A stretch of DNA of 64,000 nucleotides from Oscillospiraceae bacterium (lineage in GTDB: Bacteria; Bacillota; Clostridia; Oscillospirales; JAVBNY01). Position 1 is the stretch's first letter, and each line of letters begins with the position of its first letter. The translations under genes were made by a program, and so were the position numbers. The notes beneath the pieces were generated by a model. It did no database searches, had not been told where the DNA came from, and worked only from the letters and a program-made list of their open reading frames with translations. Location: the NCBI GenBank assembly GCA_031551205.1, contig JAVBNY010000001.1, forward strand, positions 78,319-142,318, given 5' to 3'. Of the stretch, positions 16,617-27,175 are shown piece after piece.

Positions 16617-18617
16617 ATGAGATATATTAATTCAATTCGCTTTAAACTGATGCTGATGGTAGTAATACCTTTGCTTGTTGTGGCAATATCCTTTATTGCC
16701 ATCGCAAATTTCACCTCAAATACGCTGGTTACCGATAGCATCAGAGCGGTGGTGGATTCCGCGAAGGACACCACCCTTCTTGAGATAGAGGCAACAAAAG
16801 CCTCGCTTGGCGGCACGGCCGCCCTGATAGGGAACACGTCCGTCGGACTTGAGGAAGCAATTGTAAAAAACGACCACGGCAGAGTCTTTGCCCTTACAAA
16901 AGGTGTTCTCGAGGCATCCACGGCAGACGGCGTTGAATTTATTGACATGCAAGGAAATGTTATTGTGCGTCTGGATGACCCAACTCATTTTGGGGACAAT
17001 GTTTCGACGTCTCCCGCGGTGGCCTCTGCCCTAGGGGGGGAAATCTCATCCTTTGTCACCCCGACCCTTAACTATGGCTTCTGCATTGCCGCCTCAAGGC
17101 CTCTCTACGATGATGGAGGGGCGCAGATTGGAGCGCTGTGCTTATTTAAAGAAATCGCCACTCCGGCGTATGTCAATTTGCTTAAAGAGATGACAGGCTG
17201 TGAGGTGTCTATCTACCAGCAGGACACGCAGGTTGTCACGACGACTACCTCGGTAAAAGCCAAGCTTGATCCCGATATATCGGACACGATTTTGAAGCAG
17301 GGGAAGGAAGTTGAGGTTACAAAGGTCGTAAATGGGATCAAGTCAATGGCCAAATTCCTGCCGATAAAGGGCCATAACGGAGAAAATATCGGCGTTTTGC
17401 TGGTTGGCAGGCCATATTCCGACACAACGTGGATCACAATTCTCTGGGTATGCGTGTTTTTTGGCTTTTTACTGGTCATTACCCCCATTGTTACTAAGGT
17501 TATTTCTTCTACTGTCATGCCGATCCGGAGGCTTGTCATTGAAGCCGACCAGCTTGCCGAGGGCGATGTAACTATTGATATTACCATGAACAGGGGAGAC
17601 GAGCTTGGAAGTCTTCAGAAGAGTTTTGCCACCTTGGTTGAAAACATGCGAGCCCAGTCAGACGTGATCAGCAAGATTGCGCAGGGAGACCTGACGCTTA
17701 TATATGAGCCTCGATCGCAGAAAGACTCTGTGGGGCAGAGCCTTGTAAACATGCTTGACCAAAACAATTCCATACTGAAGAGCATATCCGAGTCATCCTC
17801 CAGTATTGCGGAAGCTTCCTCTCAGGTCGCGGCCGGCAGCCAGGCGCTTGCTCAGGGGGCAACGGAGCAGGCGGCCTCAATTGAGCAGATATCTTCCAGC
17901 ATGGTGGCGATCGAAAAACAGACGAGGGACAATGCGGAGCTGGCAAAAAAATCTTCTGTGCTCGCTGAGGACTCAGGGAGGCTGATGCAGGAGAGCACGG
18001 AGAGCATGGCCAGTCTTGTCGATGCCATGAAGGATATATCGGAGGCGTCCGACAATATTTCAAAGGTCATAAAGGTCATAGACAGCATTGCGTTCCAGAC
18101 AAACATTCTCGCACTCAACGCCGCCGTTGAGGCGGCGAGAGCTGGTCAGCACGGCAAGGGATTTGCCGTTGTTGCCGAAGAGGTGAGGAATCTCGCCGCA
18201 AAGAGCGCCGAATCCGCCCGCGAGACAACGGCGATTATCGAGGGCAGCATACAAAAGGTGGCATTCGGATCCCAGATTGTGGACAAGACCAACAAATCGC
18301 TGAGTGAGGTCGCGGTTTATTCAAAGCAGGTCATTGATAATGTCGGCGTAATCGCGAAGGCCTCAGAGCAGCAGACCCAGTCAATAGGGCAGATACACTC
18401 GGCACTCAAGCAGGTTTCGGACGTTGTGCAGGCGACGTCGGCAACAGCGGAAGAATCCGCCTCCTCAAGCCAGGAGATGTCGAGCCATGCTTTCCTCCTC
18501 AAGGAGCGTATAGAGATGTTCCATCTTCGCGATTCGGGAACATCGTGGCAAAAATCCGTAAAGGACGAAACGTTTCACAAAGAGCTGCCCTCACACGAGG
18601 ATCGTTACTACGCATGA
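16617..18617 (+). CDS. Methyl-accepting chemotaxis protein (Cache-type sensor, HAMP, MA domain)
   Basis: Two TMs; [37 protein letters not shown] signature; start at ATG after GGGAGG. Confidence 0.95.
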   Translation: MRYINSIRFKLMLMVVIPLLVVAISFIAIANFTSNTLVTDSIRAVVDSAKDTTLLEIEATKASLGGTAALIGNTSVGLEEAIVKNDHGRVFALTKGVLEASTADGVEFIDMQGNVIVRLDDPTHFGDNVSTSPAVASALGGEISSFVTPTLNYGFCIAASRPLYDDGGAQIGALCLFKEIATPAYVNLLKEMTGCEVSIYQQDTQVVTTTTSVKAKLDPDISDTILKQGKEVEVTKVVNGIKSMAKFLPIKGHNGENIGVLLVGRPYSDTTWITILWVCVFFGFLLVITPIVTKVISSTVMPIRRLVIEADQLAEGDVTIDITMNRGDELGSLQKSFATLVENMRAQSDVISKIAQGDLTLIYEPRSQKDSVGQSLVNMLDQNNSILKSISESSSSIAEASSQVAAGSQALAQGATEQAASIEQISSSMVAIEKQTRDNAELAKKSSVLAEDSGRLMQESTESMASLVDAMKDISEASDNISKVIKVIDSIAFQTNILALNAAVEAARAGQHGKGFAVVAEEVRNLAAKSAESARETTAIIEGSIQKVAFGSQIVDKTNKSLSEVAVYSKQVIDNVGVIAKASEQQTQSIGQIHSALKQVSDVVQATSATAEESASSSQEMSSHAFLLKERIEMFHLRDSGTSWQKSVKDETFHKELPSHEDRYYA

Positions 18618-18776
18618 ACAGGTAATTATTGAGTAAGCGTCGGGAGATATCACTCCCGGCGCTTTCGCGTCCGGTTTTTTCTTCACGCAATCTCTGTGTG
18701 GTATTGCCTTTACTTTTTGGGAAGACTGACATATACTTGTTGAGCGGAAAAGTGAAAAAAATCTTGGGGGGATTTT

Positions 18777-20165
18777 ATGCAAAGCCCGTCGATCAAAGAG
18801 ATATTTATCAGCCCGGAAGCGTTCGGAGGCAGAATGGCCTCGCTCTGCGGCTGGGTCAGAACCGTGAGGGATTCAGGCGCCGTCCTGTTTATCGAGCTCA
18901 GCGACGGCTCAACAGTAAAAAGCCTTCAGCTCGTTGGGGCTGAGGGAATTTCCTGCTTTGAGGAGCTCAGGCGGCTGAATGTGGGCGCGGCGATCCGGGT
19001 TGAGGGAGAGCTGGTGCTGACGCCGGGAGGCAGGCAGCCTGTTGAGCTCAGGCTGAGCTCAGCCAATGTAGAGGGCGCGTCGGATCCATCATATCCGCTG
19101 CAAAAAAAACGGCACACCGCCGAATTTCTGCGTACAATAGGGCACCTCCGCCCGCGTACGAATCTGCTGGGGGCCGCCTTCCGCGTGCGGTCTGAGGCGG
19201 CCTTTGCGATCCACGAGTTCTTTCATGAAAAAGGCTTTCTGTATGTGCACACGCCGATAATTACCTCCAGCGACGCCGAAGGGGCGGGCGAAATGTTCCG
19301 CGTTACTACACTTGATGCGAGAAACCCTCCGCAAACGGATAAAGGAGCGGTGGATTTTACACGCGATTTTTTTGGCGTGCCCGCGAATCTCACGGTTTCC
19401 GGCCAGCTTGAGGCCGAGGCGTTTGCGCTGGCGTTTTCGAAGGTATACACCTTTGGCCCCACCTTCAGGGCGGAGAACTCGAACACCGCACGCCACGCCT
19501 CTGAATTTTGGATGATTGAGCCTGAAATGGCGTTCTGCGGGCTTGATGAGGATATGCGCCTAGCGGAGGAGATGACAAAGCACATCATCTCAAAAGTGAT
19601 GCGCAGGTGTCCGCACGAGATAGAATTTTTTAGCGAATTTGTCGATAAGGGGCTTCTGGAGAGGCTTTCACACGTGATCGGGTCGCCGTTTGAACACATG
19701 ACCTACACTGAGGCGGTTACGATGCTTGAGCGGCATAAAGAGAGGTTTTTATTCCCCGTATATTGGGGATGCGACCTGCAAACGGAGCATGAGCGCTTCT
19801 TAACCGAAGAGGTTGTCGGGCGGCCGGTGTTCCTCACGGACTATCCCAATGGGATAAAGGCGTTTTACATGCGGCAGAACGACGATGGAAAGACCGTAGC
19901 GGCGATGGATATGCTGGTTCCGGGCGTTGGCGAGCTCATAGGCGGCAGCCAGCGTGAAGAGCGGTTTGACACGCTCCGCGGCCGCATGGCTGAGCTCGGG
20001 CTCAGCGAAGAAACCTATTCGTGGTATCTCGACCTCAGGCGTTACGGCGGGGCGCGGCACTGCGGCTTCGGCCTTGGATTTGAACGCATGATAATGTATC
20101 TTACCGGCGTCTCAAATATCCGTGATGTGCTGCCGTTCCCACGCACGCCGGGATGCATGTCATAA
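18777..20165 (+). CDS. asnS: Asparagine--tRNA ligase
   Basis: GWVRT, LTVSGQLEAE, FGPTFRAENSNT.RH..EFWMIEPE, GFGLGFER. Confidence 0.97.
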   Translation: MQSPSIKEIFISPEAFGGRMASLCGWVRTVRDSGAVLFIELSDGSTVKSLQLVGAEGISCFEELRRLNVGAAIRVEGELVLTPGGRQPVELRLSSANVEGASDPSYPLQKKRHTAEFLRTIGHLRPRTNLLGAAFRVRSEAAFAIHEFFHEKGFLYVHTPIITSSDAEGAGEMFRVTTLDARNPPQTDKGAVDFTRDFFGVPANLTVSGQLEAEAFALAFSKVYTFGPTFRAENSNTARHASEFWMIEPEMAFCGLDEDMRLAEEMTKHIISKVMRRCPHEIEFFSEFVDKGLLERLSHVIGSPFEHMTYTEAVTMLERHKERFLFPVYWGCDLQTEHERFLTEEVVGRPVFLTDYPNGIKAFYMRQNDDGKTVAAMDMLVPGVGELIGGSQREERFDTLRGRMAELGLSEETYSWYLDLRRYGGARHCGFGLGFERMIMYLTGVSNIRDVLPFPRTPGCMS

Positions 20166-20237
20166 GATCCGGGGACTAAATCGGCTGCGCCTTGCTTCAG
20201 GGTATTCGGCCCGGCCGCCCAAAAGGGGAAGATAACT

Positions 20238-21458
20238 TTGAAAACACTGTATTTTGACTGCTTTTCAGGGATCAGCGGAGACATGTCCGTCGCCGCGATG
20301 ATAGACCTCGGGGTTCCCGAAGGGCTGGTGATGGACACCGTCGCGTCGCTGAGGCTTGAGGGATACGGGGCGCGTGTATCGAAGGTTCAAAAAAACGGCA
20401 TAGAGGCCGTCAGGTTTGATTTTGATCAAACACATGCCCATGCGCACGAGCACTCGCATATCCACGGCCATGTGCATGAACATACCCACGAACACAGGAA
20501 TCTGGCCGATATCTCCGCGATACTTCGGGCTTCGTCGCTCTCAAAGGGCGCGCTTGAGCTGGCCCTGAAAATATTTGGCATTATTGCCGAAGCGGAGGGG
20601 CGGATACACGGTGTTCCAGCGCGCGAGGTGCATTTCCACGAGGTCGGCGCGGTGGATTCGATAGCCGACATTGCCGCCGCCTCAGCATGCATCGATTATC
20701 TGGCTCCCGACAGTGTCGCCTTTTCCGTAATAAATGAGGGCAGCGGGTTTGTTAGCTGCCGGCATGGGGTAATCCCGGTTCCCGCCCCCGCTACGCTGGA
20801 AATACTGAGGGTCTTTTCGATCCCATTTTCACAAACCGATGAAAGCGGCGAGATGGTGACGCCGACGGGCGCCGGGATTGCCGCCGCCGCAGGGGACACG
20901 TTCGGCACGTCCTGCCCGTCGGGAAAGGTTCTCGCGGTGGGATACGGGGCGGGCAGCCGTGACTTCAAACGCCCAAACCTGCTCCGCGTCATGCTGATTG
21001 ACGGCGGAGAGGCGGAGAGAGACGCTGTATGCGTGCTGGAGTGCAACATCGACGATATGACTGCGGAAGGACTCGCGTTTGCCTCCGAGCGGCTTTTTGA
21101 GCTGGGTTGCCTGGATGTGACGCTCGCGCCGCTGCTGATGAAAAAGGGACGTCCGGGGACGCTGCTCTCGGTGATCTGCACGCCGGAGATGGAAAGCGGC
21201 GCGGCGGACGCGATATTCGCGCATACAACAACGCTGGGTATAAGGACGCGCCTAACGGAGCGGCATATACTGCCCCGCCGTGAGCTGTTGGTGCACACTG
21301 CGGACGGGGATGTGCGCGTAAAACGGTCTGAGCGCAATAATCGTGCCAGCTACAAGCCGGAGTATGGAGATTTGCGAAAAATTGCGGCTGAAACAGGAAA
21401 AAATTTAAGTGAAATTGCACATGAGGCGGTCAATGGTGCGCGAGAGAAAGACAATTAA
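20238..21458 (+). CDS. larC: Nickel insertase LarC family
   Basis: DCFSGISGDM, His-rich insert, HFHEVGAVDSI, PVPAPAT, TPTG, MKKGRPG, TTTLGIR, KPEY. Confidence 0.93.
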   Translation: MKTLYFDCFSGISGDMSVAAMIDLGVPEGLVMDTVASLRLEGYGARVSKVQKNGIEAVRFDFDQTHAHAHEHSHIHGHVHEHTHEHRNLADISAILRASSLSKGALELALKIFGIIAEAEGRIHGVPAREVHFHEVGAVDSIADIAAASACIDYLAPDSVAFSVINEGSGFVSCRHGVIPVPAPATLEILRVFSIPFSQTDESGEMVTPTGAGIAAAAGDTFGTSCPSGKVLAVGYGAGSRDFKRPNLLRVMLIDGGEAERDAVCVLECNIDDMTAEGLAFASERLFELGCLDVTLAPLLMKKGRPGTLLSVICTPEMESGAADAIFAHTTTLGIRTRLTERHILPRRELLVHTADGDVRVKRSERNNRASYKPEYGDLRKIAAETGKNLSEIAHEAVNGAREKDN

Positions 21459-21500
21459 ATGTATATTGTTTGCGAATAATAAAAAATAATAAAAAAAGTA

Positions 21501-21529
21501 TTGCAAATAGCGGTGAAAAGTTTTATACT
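21501..21529 (+). promoter_or_regulatory. sigmaA promoter with A-rich UP element
   Basis: TTGCAA-N17-TATACT, A-tracts upstream. Confidence 0.65.
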
Positions 21530-21598
21530 GCATTATGTGAGATAAAGAGGGCCTCCGGCCCGAGCCGCATATTTGAAAACCGAAAGGACTGGTTCAGT

Positions 21599-22792
21599 AT
21601 GAAAAAACCGCTTGGAAAGATAGCCACCGCCGTTCAGGCGTCCACAACCCTTGCGATCGACGCGCTCTACAAACAGATGAAGGCCCAGGGGGCGGACGTC
21701 GTCGGCTTCGGAGCCGGGGAGCCGGATTTTAATACGCCCGATAACATAAAAAGCGCCGGCATTAAGGCGATAAACGACAATATCACAAGATATACGCCCG
21801 CCGCGGGCCTTGAGGCGCTTAAAAAGGCCGTGTGTGACAAGTTGCTTGGGGACTGCGGCGTCAGATACGAGCCTTCGCAGATCCTTATCTCCAGCGGCGC
21901 CAAGCACAATCTGTTTATTGCGCTGATGTGCCTTTGCGACCCCGGCGACGAGGTCATCATCCCCGCGCCTTACTGGGTGAGCTACCTTGAGCAGGTGGGT
22001 ATGGCGGGGGCAAAGCCGGTTATTGTCGAGGCGTTTGAGGATCAGAATTTCAAGATTACGGCCGCGCAGCTCGAGGCCGCCATAACAGACAGGACAAAGG
22101 CCGTTTTCATTAACAGCCCGAATAACCCGACGGGCATGATGTATTCCCGCGCAGAGCTTGAGGAGCTGGCGAAGGTCTGCGTCAGGCACGGGATCTATGT
22201 CATCGCCGATGATATCTATTACAAACTGGTTTACGACAACAAGGAATTTTGCTCGATCGCGTCGCTCGGTGACGACATCAAGGCCCTGACGGTTCTCATA
22301 AACGGCGTATCAAAGTCCTATGCGATGACCGGCTGGAGAATCGGCTACACCGCCGCCCCGCCCGAGCTCGCGAAGGTCTTTGCGAACTACCAGAGCCACT
22401 CGACCTCCGCGCCCTGCTCGATTTCGCAGATGGCGTCGATCGAGGCGCTCTGCGGGGAGCAGGAGAGCATTGAGGCCATGCGCAAGGTCTTTGAAGAGCG
22501 GCGCGACTACTTTGTGTCGCGCGTTGAGGAGATTGACGGCGTGAGCTGCCTTAGGCCGGACGGCGCGTTCTATATAATGATGAACATCGAAAAGCTCGTC
22601 GGCAGGACGCTACACGGCACTGAGATCAAAAACGCGGACGATTTCGGCAAGGTGTTCCTTGAGAAGGGCAACGTCGCCGTCGTGCCGTGCACCGGCTTTG
22701 GAGCGCCGAACCATGTCAGGTGGTCCTACGCCGTTTCAATGGACGACATCAAAAAAGGTCTTGACAGACTCGAGGCATTTTTGAAGTCTTGA
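21599..22792 (+). CDS. PLP-dependent aminotransferase class I (aspartate aminotransferase-like)
   Basis: GAGEPDF, PYWVSY, NSPNNPTG, DDIY, GVSKSYAMTGWRIGY. Confidence 0.93.
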   Translation: MKKPLGKIATAVQASTTLAIDALYKQMKAQGADVVGFGAGEPDFNTPDNIKSAGIKAINDNITRYTPAAGLEALKKAVCDKLLGDCGVRYEPSQILISSGAKHNLFIALMCLCDPGDEVIIPAPYWVSYLEQVGMAGAKPVIVEAFEDQNFKITAAQLEAAITDRTKAVFINSPNNPTGMMYSRAELEELAKVCVRHGIYVIADDIYYKLVYDNKEFCSIASLGDDIKALTVLINGVSKSYAMTGWRIGYTAAPPELAKVFANYQSHSTSAPCSISQMASIEALCGEQESIEAMRKVFEERRDYFVSRVEEIDGVSCLRPDGAFYIMMNIEKLVGRTLHGTEIKNADDFGKVFLEKGNVAVVPCTGFGAPNHVRWSYAVSMDDIKKGLDRLEAFLKS

Positions 22793-22855
22793 CACAATAT
22801 GGCCTTTATGGTAGTCTTATCTTGAAAAATGTCTTATGCTGTTGAGGATGACGTA

Positions 22856-23152
22856 ATGGGAATAAATGACCTGCAAAATCCTTTGTATTATTTAGTAACA
22901 TTCATTTGTTTCGTGATTGTATACGTGACGTACTATTTTTTCTTTAGATATGCTCTAAAAAACCTGGATATTGACAGAAAGATGCCGCGAAAATTTTTCT
23001 TTTTAGCTATAGCGATAGGAATTCTGTTTAGCGTGTTTTTCCGAGGCTTTTATGCTACCTTCTTGGCTGCGTTTTGCGCTTATGTGAGACTGCGAAGTAA
23101 CCGCATGAGGAAAGAAGCGCTTGAAGAGATGGAGTTAAAAAAGGAGTTGTGA
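22856..23152 (+). CDS. Small AT-rich membrane protein
   Basis: 2-3 hydrophobic segments; own promoter TTGACA-N17-TAGTCT overlapping upstream stop; GAGGA SD before ATG 22856. Confidence 0.65.
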   Translation: MGINDLQNPLYYLVTFICFVIVYVTYYFFFRYALKNLDIDRKMPRKFFFLAIAIGILFSVFFRGFYATFLAAFCAYVRLRSNRMRKEALEEMELKKEL

Positions 23153-23221
23153 GCGCGGTAGTATATTTTGGAGAGTAGACTTCGCTAACCCCCAAAACTA
23201 TCGGTAAAAGTTAGTTTATTC

Positions 23222-23248
23222 AAAGGCGGGCTGCTGCCCGCCTTTTTT
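23222..23248 (+). terminator. Intrinsic terminator immediately upstream of purB RBS
   Basis: AAAGGCGGGC-TGCT-GCCCGCCTTTTTT. Confidence 0.75.
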
Positions 23249-23265
23249 GTAGGAGGCAAGATTTT

Positions 23266-24702
23266 ATGCAAAAAAACACATATGAGAGCCCGCTTTCGTC
23301 GAGATACGCAAGCCGGGAGATGCTGTACCTCTTCTCGCCGGACAAGAAGTTCTCGACATGGCGCAGGCTCTGGACCGCGCTCGCGAGGGCGGAGAAGGAA
23401 CTCGGTCTGCCGGTCACTGACGCGCAGATAAAAGAGCTCGAGGAAAATGTAGAAAACATAGATTACGTGGCGGCCGCTTCTTTTGAAAAGGAACTGCGTC
23501 ACGACGTCATGGCGCATATCCACACATATGGCAAGCTTTGCCCAGGCGCCGCGCCGATAATTCACCTCGGAGCCACGAGCTGCTATGTTACCGATAACAC
23601 GGACATAATAATCCACCGCGAGGCACTCGCGCTGGTGAGAAAAAAGCTTGTCCGCGCGATTGACAGGCTTTCATCCTTCGCGATGAAGCACAAAGACCTG
23701 CCCACGCTCGGCTTTACGCATTTTCAGCCGGCGCAGCTCACCACCGTCGGCAAGCGCGCTTCGCTGTGGATACAGGATCTGCTGATTGACCTCGACGAGG
23801 TTGAGTACAGGCTCGCGGGGCTCAGGCTGCTCGGCTCAAAGGGGACGACAGGCACGCAGGCCAGTTTTCTTGAGCTTTTTGAGGGCGACGATGAGAAGGT
23901 TTTGCAGCTTGAGGCCCTGATTGCCGCCGAGATGGGCTTTGATGGCGTGTACCCCGTTTCCGGCCAGACGTACACGCGCAAGCTCGACGCGGCGATTCTC
24001 GCGACGCTCTCGGGCATAGCGCAGACCGCGTCAAAATTTGCCACGGACATGCGCCTGCTTTCACACCTCAAAGAACTTGAGGAGCCTTTTGAGGGGAAGC
24101 AGATCGGCTCGTCCGCGATGCCGTATAAGCGCAATCCGATGCGCTCGGAGCGTATCTGCGCGCTGGCGAGGTATGTCATTGCGGATGCGCAGAATCCGGC
24201 CTTCACGGCCGCGACGCAGTGGCTTGAGCGCACGCTCGACGACTCCGCGAATAAGCGCATTGCCGTCCCTGAGGCGTTTCTGGCTGTTGACGCCATACTG
24301 AATATTCTGATCAACATAGCCTCGGGTATAACCGTGAATGAAAAGGTAATTGAGTGGCATATTATTGACGAGCTTCCGTTTATGGTCACAGAAAACATCC
24401 TGATGGACGCGGTCAAGGCAGGCGGCGACAGGCAAAAATTGCATGAAAAGATACGCGTCTATTCGCTTGAGGCCGGCAGACGAGTAAAGCGCGAGGGGCT
24501 CACTAACAATTTGATCGACCTCATCATAAGCGACCCGGACTTTGGTCTGAAAGAGGAAGACATCGCAAGGATCATCGAGCCCTCTCTGTATGTAGGACGC
24601 GCGCCGAAGCAGACCGAGGAATTTATATCCGGGTGTGTCCGTCCGGTGCTTATCCGGCTGGCGTCCGAGATTGAGGGTGAGGAGACGGAGCTCAGCGTCT
24701 GA
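23266..24702 (+). CDS. purB: Adenylosuccinate lyase
   Basis: PLSSRYAS, RHDVMAH, HLGATS, GFTHFQPAQ, GSSAMPYKRNP. Confidence 0.97.
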   Translation: MQKNTYESPLSSRYASREMLYLFSPDKKFSTWRRLWTALARAEKELGLPVTDAQIKELEENVENIDYVAAASFEKELRHDVMAHIHTYGKLCPGAAPIIHLGATSCYVTDNTDIIIHREALALVRKKLVRAIDRLSSFAMKHKDLPTLGFTHFQPAQLTTVGKRASLWIQDLLIDLDEVEYRLAGLRLLGSKGTTGTQASFLELFEGDDEKVLQLEALIAAEMGFDGVYPVSGQTYTRKLDAAILATLSGIAQTASKFATDMRLLSHLKELEEPFEGKQIGSSAMPYKRNPMRSERICALARYVIADAQNPAFTAATQWLERTLDDSANKRIAVPEAFLAVDAILNILINIASGITVNEKVIEWHIIDELPFMVTENILMDAVKAGGDRQKLHEKIRVYSLEAGRRVKREGLTNNLIDLIISDPDFGLKEEDIARIIEPSLYVGRAPKQTEEFISGCVRPVLIRLASEIEGEETELSV

Positions 24703-24765
24703 CAGTGTGAAACAGCCACAAAAGTATAATCTGACATTATTTTCGCCGATTGCGACAAAAGCACA

Positions 24766-24794
24766 TTGACTTTTTTCGAGCTTATATATATAAT
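24766..24794 (+). promoter_or_regulatory. sigmaA promoter of secDF
   Basis: TTGACT-N17-TATAAT. Confidence 0.75.
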
Positions 24795-24866
24795 ATCATG
24801 GTGTTCAGACGGAGCGGGGGGGAGCACAGCAGCCCCTCGCCTTCGTTAAGTAAGGAGGCCGTTTAA

Positions 24867-27092
24867 ATGGATTTTAACAAAAGAAAAAGCGTCGCATTCC
24901 TGGTTGCAGCCCTGCTCGTAATCTCGATTCTCGGGGCTATCGCTCTCTACGGCATACCCAATCCGTTTACTACTGAGCCCGGCGCGATGCTCGTTCCCAG
25001 CGTTGAAAAGGGCGTTGTCCTCGGACTTGACCTTGTGGGCGGATCGGTCATTACCTATGAGGCGCAGGTTCCCGCCGGTATGAGCAGCACGGAGCTGGAC
25101 AAGAACATGGGTATTCTCCAGTCGATTATGCGCCGACGCGTCACCACCAGCGGATTTACCGAGGCGACGGTCTCTATCGTCAACGGCAACAGGATAAGGA
25201 TTGAGATCCCTGCCGTGACAAACCCTGAGGAAGCCGTGAAGGCCCTCGGGTCTACAGCGAAGCTTGAATTCCGCGACGCCGACGGCAAGGTTGTGCTCTC
25301 AGGGAGCGACATTGCCTCAGCCGCCCGCGCCTATGGCAGGGCGCAGCAGGGAGACCTGTCGGATTCTCACTATATCAAGCTGGAGCTCAAGCCTGAGGCC
25401 GTGTCAAAGTTTGCCGAGGCGACAAGAAACGCCGCCGCCAGGCAGGCCGAGGGCAAGAACTATATCGCCATCTACCTTGACGAGGATGAGCTCAGCAGGC
25501 CCTCCGTGCACGGCGAGATCAACAGCGCCGAGTGCATTATCACGATGGGCAATTCCACGCGTGAGTATGTCGAGCAGCAGGCGAACCTGATCCAGTCCGG
25601 CCAGCTTCCTTTCGAAATTAAACAGGTCGAGCTCCGCTCGATCGGCCCGACGCTTGGCGCCGCCTCGCTTCAGACAAGCCTTCTCGCGGGATTTATCGGC
25701 TTGATTCTGGTCATTATCTTTATGATCGGGTTCTACCGTATACCAGGCGTAATGGCCAGCATTGCGCTACTCTGCTACGTCGCTATGATCGCGATTATCC
25801 TGTCGGTTCTGAAGGTTAACCTGTCCTTGCCTGGTATTGCGGGTATTATCCTGTCGATAGGCATGGCGGTTGACGCTAATGTCATAATCTTTGAGAGACT
25901 TAAGGAAGAGCTGCGCGCGGGCAAGACGCTGCGCGTCGCCGTTAAGGCCGGTTTCTCACGCGCCTTCTGGGCGATATTCGACTCGAACCTGACGACCGTT
26001 ATCGCCGCCGTGGTTCTCTGGCGGATGGGCACAGGTCCTATCGTCGGGTTTGCCGTCACGCTTCTCATCGGTGTTCTGCTCTCGATGTTCACGGTGCTTG
26101 TTGTTTCGAGGTTCCTCCTCAACATACTCGTCGACCTGAACTTCACTAACCTGAAGGCCTATGCCCTCGGGAAGGACACCTTCGCAAAGATGGCGCTTAA
26201 GTTTAATTTCATAAAGAAGTTCAAGCTTTTTGGCATTATTTCGATTGCTCTTGTCGCCACGGCGGTTGTCTCGCTTGTCCTTCTGCCGTTTGGCGTGAAC
26301 ATCTTCAACCTCGACATTGACTTTGTCGGCGGCACTACGCTTCAGTATGAGATGCACAGGCAGCTTACAAACGCGGATCTTGATGAGGTGGGCAATATCG
26401 TTAAAGACGCCATCGGGACTTACCCCTCCAGCGTTCAAAAATCTGAAGAAACCCAGGTAATCATCAAGACGTCCGACCTCAGCACCGAGCAGCGTGAAGA
26501 CGTGCATAAGGCGCTGTCAGAGAAGTTCAGCCTCACCGACGCCGACAAGCTGATGGTTGACAATGTTTCGCCGGTTGTCGGGGCTGACCTCAGCCGTTCG
26601 GCTGTCACCGCGGCACTGCTTGCCGCAGTACTGATCCTGCTGTATATCACGGTCAGGTTCGAGTTCCGTTCGGGCTCCGCCGCGGTTATTACGCTTGTCC
26701 ACGACATTTTGGTAATGATAAGCTTCTATGTCATCTTCAGGATTCCGCTCAATATGAACTTCCTGGCAGTCGCACTGACAATACTCGGTTATTCAATTAA
26801 CGCCGCGATTGTCGTGTTCGACAGGATCAGGGAGAACGTGAAGCTCAATCCCAACAAGAAGTTCGGCGAGATTGTAAACACAAGCACATGGCAGTCGTTC
26901 ACAAGAAGTATGAATACCACAATCACGACGCTTCTGCCTGTAATTATGCTGATCATCCTCGGCGTTCCATCAATCCGGAACTTTGCGCTTCCGCTCACGG
27001 TTGGCCTGATCGCTGGTGCGTATTCCTCAATCTGCCTCGCCGGCCCGCTCTGGTTCCATTTCAAGGGCAACAAGGCCGCGAACGAGTCCTAA
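24867..27092 (+). CDS. secDF: Fused protein translocase subunit SecDF
   Basis: LGLDLVGG, IGPTLG, GMAVDANVIIFER, DSNLTT, DIDFVGG, GYSIN..IVVFDRIRE. Confidence 0.96.
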   Translation: MDFNKRKSVAFLVAALLVISILGAIALYGIPNPFTTEPGAMLVPSVEKGVVLGLDLVGGSVITYEAQVPAGMSSTELDKNMGILQSIMRRRVTTSGFTEATVSIVNGNRIRIEIPAVTNPEEAVKALGSTAKLEFRDADGKVVLSGSDIASAARAYGRAQQGDLSDSHYIKLELKPEAVSKFAEATRNAAARQAEGKNYIAIYLDEDELSRPSVHGEINSAECIITMGNSTREYVEQQANLIQSGQLPFEIKQVELRSIGPTLGAASLQTSLLAGFIGLILVIIFMIGFYRIPGVMASIALLCYVAMIAIILSVLKVNLSLPGIAGIILSIGMAVDANVIIFERLKEELRAGKTLRVAVKAGFSRAFWAIFDSNLTTVIAAVVLWRMGTGPIVGFAVTLLIGVLLSMFTVLVVSRFLLNILVDLNFTNLKAYALGKDTFAKMALKFNFIKKFKLFGIISIALVATAVVSLVLLPFGVNIFNLDIDFVGGTTLQYEMHRQLTNADLDEVGNIVKDAIGTYPSSVQKSEETQVIIKTSDLSTEQREDVHKALSEKFSLTDADKLMVDNVSPVVGADLSRSAVTAALLAAVLILLYITVRFEFRSGSAAVITLVHDILVMISFYVIFRIPLNMNFLAVALTILGYSINAAIVVFDRIRENVKLNPNKKFGEIVNTSTWQSFTRSMNTTITTLLPVIMLIILGVPSIRNFALPLTVGLIAGAYSSICLAGPLWFHFKGNKAANES

Positions 27093-27112
27093 TCCCGGTT
27101 TGACTTTGCATT

Positions 27113-27153
27113 AAACGCAGCCCCCGGCGATGATCTGCCGGGGGCCTGCGTTT
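27113..27153 (+). terminator. Terminator-like hairpin after secDF
   Basis: AAACGCAG.CCCCCGGC...GCCGGGGG.CTGCGTTT. Confidence 0.6.
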
Positions 27154-27175
27154 AAAGTTTTTTGGGGGAGAAAAT

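Noticed and set aside
20430..20495. CAY-rich quasi-repeat
   Set aside because: His-rich LarC insert.
24867..27092. SecD-SecF fusion as a novelty
   Set aside because: Well known in Firmicutes.
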